Shown: positions 16,443-19,754 of the stretch, in pieces | How positions within the stretch are numbered: position 1 is the stretch's first letter | Layout of the letters: the number at the start of each line of letters is the position of its first letter | Origin: Sulfurimonadaceae bacterium | Lineage (GTDB): Bacteria > Campylobacterota > Campylobacteria > Campylobacterales > Sulfurimonadaceae | NCBI GenBank assembly: GCA_041548245.1 | Contig: JBFESZ010000033.1 | Coordinates: forward strand, 1 to 19,754 | Direction: 5' to 3' | Length of the DNA: 19,754 bases | Notes under the pieces: model-generated | What the model was told of the DNA's origin: nothing | Database searches by the model: none | The model's input: only the letters and a program-made list of their open reading frames with translations | Program-made: the position numbers and the translations under genes

Positions 16443-17759
16443 ATGAAAAGATACTTATTGCTAAGTAGTTTACTTGTTGCCGCTCTGTTTAATCCGCTCA
16501 ACGCGAGTGATCTTAACCCGGAAAAAGTAGGGTTGTCATCGGAGCGTCTTAAGAGAATAGACACATTGATCGATTCGAAGATTCAGGACAACATCATTGC
16601 CGGTGCTGTCGTCCTGGTCGCTAGAAAGGGCGAGATTGCTTATTTTAGAGCAGCAGGCAAGGCAGATGTTGCTAAAGAGATGAAAAAAGATACAATGTTC
16701 AGGATTGTATCGATGACAAAGCCTCTGGTAAGTGTTTGTATCATGACCCTGTATGAGGAGGGTAAACTTCTGCTTTCCGATCCCGTTTCAAAATATATCC
16801 CGGAGTTCAAAAATCAAAAAGTGCTTGTAGAAGTACCTGAAGGTTCTGGAACCGGGTATAAGCTTGTCCCAGTGAACAGGGATATGACGATTAAAGATCT
16901 TCTGACGCATACATCAGGCTTGCTCTACCTCTTCCCGGCAGAGTATTTCTTTGATGAAAAGCGAAAAATCCTAGTCGATATGTATAAAGAAGCAGAGATC
17001 AACGACGGTTATTGTCCACTGGATGAAGAGGTTGGCGATATGGTAAAAAGGCTGGGCTCTTTACCGCTTTATGCACAACCGGGCGAGCATTGGGACTACA
17101 GTATTGCCAGTGATGTTCTAGGATATCTGGTCGAAGTGGTGTCAGGCATGAAGTTTGATGAATACATGAAAAAGAAAATCTTCGACCCACTGAAGATGAA
17201 AGACAGTTACTTCTATGTTCCCGAGGAAAAAAGAGACCGCCTTTCGGCTGTCTGGCTCAGTGACGGAAAGGGTACGCTCAAGCGTGTAGGCAAAGAGCCT
17301 ATTATTAACGGGCATTTGGCACTGTGTCCGGCGAATTTTATATCAGACGGAAAGTACCTCTCAGGTGGGGGCGGTGTGGTCTCAACCGTATATGACTATT
17401 ACCGATTTGCGCAGATGCTGCTTAACGGCGGAGAACTTGATGGTGCACGTGTTTTAAGCAGAAAAACCGTCGAACTGATGACAGCTACGAACCATATCGG
17501 AGATATTGAAGCGGATTTTCTACACAGCGAAGGGTGGAAGTTTGGACTGGGATTTGCTATAGAAGAGGACAGGGGACATGATGTCGACAGCGGCAGCGTC
17601 GGGACTTTTGAGTGGGCGGGTCTGTATTCAACCCGTTTTAGCGTTGATCCAAAAGAGCAGAAAGTGACGATCTTCATGAGCCAGACTTCCCCGTTTAATG
17701 TCCATTTTGAGTTATGGGATAAACTGTTAGTACTAAGCAGTACAGCGATAGTTGATTAA
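16443..17759 (+). CDS. Secreted serine hydrolase, beta-lactamase class C / family VIII esterase-like
   Basis: Signal peptide, FRIVSMTK (SxxK), LLTHTSGL, QPGEHWDYS, LSGGGG and FEWAG. GGGGAG SD. Confidence 0.92.
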   Translation: MKRYLLLSSLLVAALFNPLNASDLNPEKVGLSSERLKRIDTLIDSKIQDNIIAGAVVLVARKGEIAYFRAAGKADVAKEMKKDTMFRIVSMTKPLVSVCIMTLYEEGKLLLSDPVSKYIPEFKNQKVLVEVPEGSGTGYKLVPVNRDMTIKDLLTHTSGLLYLFPAEYFFDEKRKILVDMYKEAEINDGYCPLDEEVGDMVKRLGSLPLYAQPGEHWDYSIASDVLGYLVEVVSGMKFDEYMKKKIFDPLKMKDSYFYVPEEKRDRLSAVWLSDGKGTLKRVGKEPIINGHLALCPANFISDGKYLSGGGGVVSTVYDYYRFAQMLLNGGELDGARVLSRKTVELMTATNHIGDIEADFLHSEGWKFGLGFAIEEDRGHDVDSGSVGTFEWAGLYSTRFSVDPKEQKVTIFMSQTSPFNVHFELWDKLLVLSSTAIVD

Positions 17760-17771
17760 AAAGGAAATCAA

Positions 17772-18611
17772 ATGAATAGTTTTAGGATAAATGGCTTGAA
17801 ATATCTGACACTGACATTGATGTTAAGTGTGCCGCTAATGGCAACGGGGCCTCGTATCAGTACGAACGTTTTTCAAGATAATAAAAATGATATTTATGCG
17901 CTTGATTCAGCACCTTTGATCTCCAGTGATATTCAGAAGGGAGGTCTAATCATAGAGTTGGTCGAAGCTGTTTATGCTGAGATCAACGAAGATGTCCATA
18001 CCAATATCATCCCTTTGCAAAGTATGATGAAGTTCTATATGACTCAAAGCTCTACGATTGCACTTATCGGTGAGGAACTTGAATTTGATCTGGTAAAGAA
18101 CGCTTCTTACACTAAGATACCGTTGTATGTTATAGAGGAGGTTTATGTCTATAACAAGCTTCATCACAAAGACGGCATCAAGTATGATGGCAATATAGCA
18201 CAACTAAAGGGTCTCGTCTATGGGACTTCAAATAACGATGATATTAAAAGGTTCAACGAAAATTCAATTACTGTGAAAAAAGGGAGCCAGCTCTCATTGA
18301 TGAAAAAACTCAGACAGGGTGATATTGATTTAATGAAAACCTCATTAGAGGGGCTCGAGTGGTATACAAACAATAAGTTCTCTTCCGATAAAGAAAACTT
18401 CAAGGTGATTGACAAAAGTAAAAGCTACTCTGTTGTCAGCATATACTTAAATGAAAAGGGTGCTGCCAACAAAGCACTCAGCGATCGTTTTCAAAAAGCC
18501 TTTAAGAAGATGGTTGATGATGGCCGATACAGAGCTATCTTGCAAAGATATCTTAAAGACTCTAAAAAAGCAGATATAAAGTCTACACTCTTAAAACAGT
18601 ATAGGAAGTAG
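17772..18611 (+). CDS. Extracytoplasmic solute-binding protein (type-2 PBP, family 3-like)
   Basis: N-terminal signal-like segment, SAPLIS...GGLIIELV, LKGLVYG, LRQGDIDL and C-terminal MVDDGRYRAILQRY. Confidence 0.78.
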   Translation: MNSFRINGLKYLTLTLMLSVPLMATGPRISTNVFQDNKNDIYALDSAPLISSDIQKGGLIIELVEAVYAEINEDVHTNIIPLQSMMKFYMTQSSTIALIGEELEFDLVKNASYTKIPLYVIEEVYVYNKLHHKDGIKYDGNIAQLKGLVYGTSNNDDIKRFNENSITVKKGSQLSLMKKLRQGDIDLMKTSLEGLEWYTNNKFSSDKENFKVIDKSKSYSVVSIYLNEKGAANKALSDRFQKAFKKMVDDGRYRAILQRYLKDSKKADIKSTLLKQYRK

Positions 18612-18620
18612 TGTCAATAG

Positions 18621-19448
18621 ATGTTTAAAAGTACAATAGCAGCTCTTATTATCTTCTGTTCTACATTATATGCCGAGACCAATAAGGTGAATGTAATCCT
18701 CGAAGCCAATATTGCACCGCCTTTTTGGTCACCGAATCTTCCCTTTAACGGTCTGGGTGGAGAGATCATTCATGAGATTTCCAAAATAGAAGATATTAAT
18801 GCTACTATTGTATACAAACCCCTTTCGAGGATCATAGATGACGATAGCAATAATGACTTGGGAAATCCGGCATTTTTTATAAAAAACCAGGAGTATCAAG
18901 AGATTATCCCCATATTGATCTATGACATCGCCTTTTATTATTATGAAAAAGACCATATACAACTGCATCATACTTCAAACAGCCACCACGAGGCAATTAC
19001 TCTGGATGATCTCCAAGGAAAGAAAATAGGTGTTTTAAAGGGATCAAATATTGACAGAAAGTTTTTTCAAAACATCGGCATAAACTTTGAAGAGAGCTAT
19101 AATCAGGAATCCCTGTTCAAAAAGCTGAAGATCGGTCGTGTTGACTATGTCTTGGAGATCGAACTCGTAGGGAATCAAATCATTGACAGGCTGTTTTCTT
19201 CAGTGGGTAATGATTTTGTAAGTATCCCTATTGCAGGAGAGAGCAACCCTATCGCGATCATGTTGGCATATGAGCAGAAGGATGCTGCATTGATTGCGCG
19301 TAAATTCAGGCATGGGCTTGAACAAATAATACAAAACGGTGTTTATCAGGCAATATTTGACAAATATGCTTATGGTAAAAAACTGTCTGAGGAGTGGTTT
19401 TATATATTGAAAATGTATAATATGATCTATAACAGAGAGGATAAATGA
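18621..19448 (+). CDS. Extracytoplasmic solute-binding protein (type-2 PBP, family 3-like)
   Basis: Signal peptide ending LYA, APPFWS...GLGGEI, DLQGKKIGVLKGS, LKIGRVDY and IIQNGVYQAIFDKY. Confidence 0.85.
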   Translation: MFKSTIAALIIFCSTLYAETNKVNVILEANIAPPFWSPNLPFNGLGGEIIHEISKIEDINATIVYKPLSRIIDDDSNNDLGNPAFFIKNQEYQEIIPILIYDIAFYYYEKDHIQLHHTSNSHHEAITLDDLQGKKIGVLKGSNIDRKFFQNIGINFEESYNQESLFKKLKIGRVDYVLEIELVGNQIIDRLFSSVGNDFVSIPIAGESNPIAIMLAYEQKDAALIARKFRHGLEQIIQNGVYQAIFDKYAYGKKLSEEWFYILKMYNMIYNREDK

Positions 19449-19449
19449 T

Positions 19450-19754
19450 ATGCTATATCGTAAAAATATCAGCATCAGATTAAAAATAATCTTTGACATC
19501 ATGATCAGTACAGCGATTATCTCTGCACTGTTTTTAATCTATGACTATAATCAAAAAAAAGAACAGCTGACCCAGGAGCTTATCAGTAAGGCTGATAGAA
19601 AGATTAAAAGGCTTGCCAATAATCTAATCGTTCCATTATGGGAGATAGACTCCAACTGGGTTGATGAGATAGCTATGACAGAAATGCTGGATAAAGATGT
19701 CTGCTCAATCTTGATCGAAGGTGACGGTGCTCTTCTGGTCGCGAAAACACGCGA
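19450..19754 (+). CDS. N-terminus of a membrane-bound sensor protein (3'-truncated; output domain not visible)
   Basis: Not in the ORF track. GAGGA SD, then MLYRKNISIRLKIIFDIMISTAIISALFLIYDY...RLANNLIVPLWEID..., open to the window end. A TM helix is followed by a periplasmic helix with a PLW motif typical of sensor domains. Confidence 0.7.
   Translation, partial: MLYRKNISIRLKIIFDIMISTAIISALFLIYDYNQKKEQLTQELISKADRKIKRLANNLIVPLWEIDSNWVDEIAMTEMLDKDVCSILIEGDGALLVAKTR

Noticed and set aside
16443..17759. Calling the serine hydrolase an antibiotic-resistance AmpC beta-lactamase
   Set aside because: It has YSI rather than YxN and WAG rather than KTG, which fits family VIII esterase-like proteins. 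Resistance is unsupported.
19445..19483. ATG overlapping the stop of the second binding protein as the start of the last gene
   Set aside because: That frame stops after 12 codons, whereas ATG 19450 opens the continuous frame.

Overview
Mostly ordinary chromosomal DNA that reads as Campylobacterota (Sulfurimonas-like; inferred from the HQWxQPL kinase H-box, (T)GnTAnnnT promoters and recalled Campylobacter/Helicobacter gene order). Left part: 3' end of ruvA, then ddl, an alpha/beta hydrolase, a membrane-anchored murF, TRAP dctQ/dctM without a binding protein, a HIT protein, an MTH1187-family protein, a small membrane protein, a stand-alone fliL and a ribB fusion with a degenerate cyclohydrolase domain. 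Middle: a long coiled-coil protein, a DEDDh exonuclease with a duplicated FGKxKG module, thioredoxin, an orphan PAS histidine kinase and an unrecognised 378-aa ORF. Right: ybgC, a periplasmic protein, a degenerate family-4 UDG, then a secreted serine hydrolase, two solute-binding proteins and a membrane sensor running off the window. I found no rRNA, tRNA, CRISPR array, transposase or integrase, and I cannot demonstrate a new system. The best leads are the orphan ORF with att-like repeats before ybgC, the hydrolase/binding-protein/sensor module, the altered UDG, the exonuclease and coiled-coil pair, and two probable leaderless genes.
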